A stretch of 59,748 bases of DNA, filler included, from Asterionella formosa (Eukaryota): NCBI GenBank assembly GCA_002256025.1. It is 5 parts of 5 records of this genome, joined end to end, with 100 filler letters (N's around TTAATTAATTAA, not from the genome) between each part and the next. Parts side by side here need not be neighbours in the genome. Positions count along the whole stretch, not along the records: positions 47,894 to 59,748 come from NKIB01008110.1; 4 more parts are not named here. One strand, given 5' to 3'. How positions within the stretch are numbered: the first letter of the stretch is position 1; every line of letters starts with the position of its first letter. The translations under genes and the position numbers were made by a program. The notes under the pieces are model-generated. The model saw only the letters and a list, made by a program, of their open reading frames with translations, made no database searches and was not told where the DNA came from. Positions 59,040-59,748 of this stretch are shown piece by piece.

Positions 59040-59748
59040 CTTGGTATACCTGGTACTCCGAGTACCTTGTACCAACACCAGGGAATTTTCTTGCTATATG
59101 ATAAATGGAAAACGAAGCTAAATTTCTCTATTAGTCCAACTTGCACACGTGCTCCTCCAGATTGATACACCCTCTACGACCGGTAACTCCTACCGGCATT
59201 CCCAATATTCAACATATTGATATCATTTATGGATACCGGTACTTCCATTCATACCGGTACGCCATTTCAGTTTGTTGACATACATAAAATATGCTATGTA
59301 CTCCGCTACCGGTACCAGGTACTTCCTTGCGCGCAGTGGCAGTCCATGTACCGGGGGTACCCGGTACCTGATACCAGGTGCCAGATACACTGGCTGGCCG
59401 GTAGATAAGTTACCGGTAGTACTCCAACGCACTGGTAAAAAATTGAGAAAAAACAAAAGCAACGTCATCCAGAAAACCAACGCTAGGAGGTGTGGTGACG
59501 ACATCATCGGAACCCATAGATGACTGATGTCATCCTCTGTCCTTAGTTGCTTACCGGTAGTCTTACATTTTTTACCGTACATACGGGAAATCTATCTTCG
59601 TACTTAGATACTACCAGGTACCAAGTACCAGGTACCGTAGGTAGAACTGCAGCATGCCAGTAGTAACGATAAGGCAGCGAACCAAAGCAACACTACACAG
59701 TCGCTCGTCAGCATCTCAACTCCGAAAGCACTACCGGTACCTGGTACC
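59040..59748. repeat. GGTACC/TACCGGTA-rich intergenic tract upstream of the START gene
   Basis: Dense TACCGGTA, TACCAGGTA and GGTACC words up to the scaffold end. Confidence 0.75.

Overview
Eukaryotic nuclear DNA, most likely from a diatom. The evidence is short GT-AG introns of 73-87 bp, ASAFAP-like plastid-targeting N-termini and CoDi-type Ty1/Copia relics. The window is NOT one locus. Four identical 100-bp linkers (N44-TTAATTAATTAA-N44) join five scaffolds of steadily decreasing length (11876, 11875, 11872, 11870, 11855 bp), so adjacency across linkers means nothing. Scaffold 1 (1-11876): a decayed Copia element with recognisable 5' LTR and tRNA-Met PBS, an F-box/SNF2/bromodomain/RING gene, an ACC-synthase-like PLP enzyme and a pogo/Tc2-like transposase relic. 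Scaffolds 2 and 3 (11977-35823): gene-poor transposon debris, with Copia fragments, an IS630/Tc1-like transposase relic, minisatellites, MITE-like ends and an unclassified diverged element shared by both. Scaffold 4 (35924-47793): a PPP1R11/Ypi1 gene, a tRNA-headed hairpin-rich element, a CACTA-like end, a PIF/Harbinger-like MITE and the start of an aldehyde dehydrogenase. Scaffold 5 (47894-59748): gene-dense, with a PPR protein, a CS+SAP protein, a nitroreductase, a single-pass membrane protein, TAF7 and a START/polyketide-cyclase protein; GGTACC/TACCGGTA-rich tracts lie upstream of several of these genes. Best candidates for novelty: the bromodomain-containing F-box/SNF2/RING architecture, the tRNA-headed structured RNA, the unclassified shared element and the promoter-associated TACCGGTA tracts. 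All calls are by eye, without database searches.
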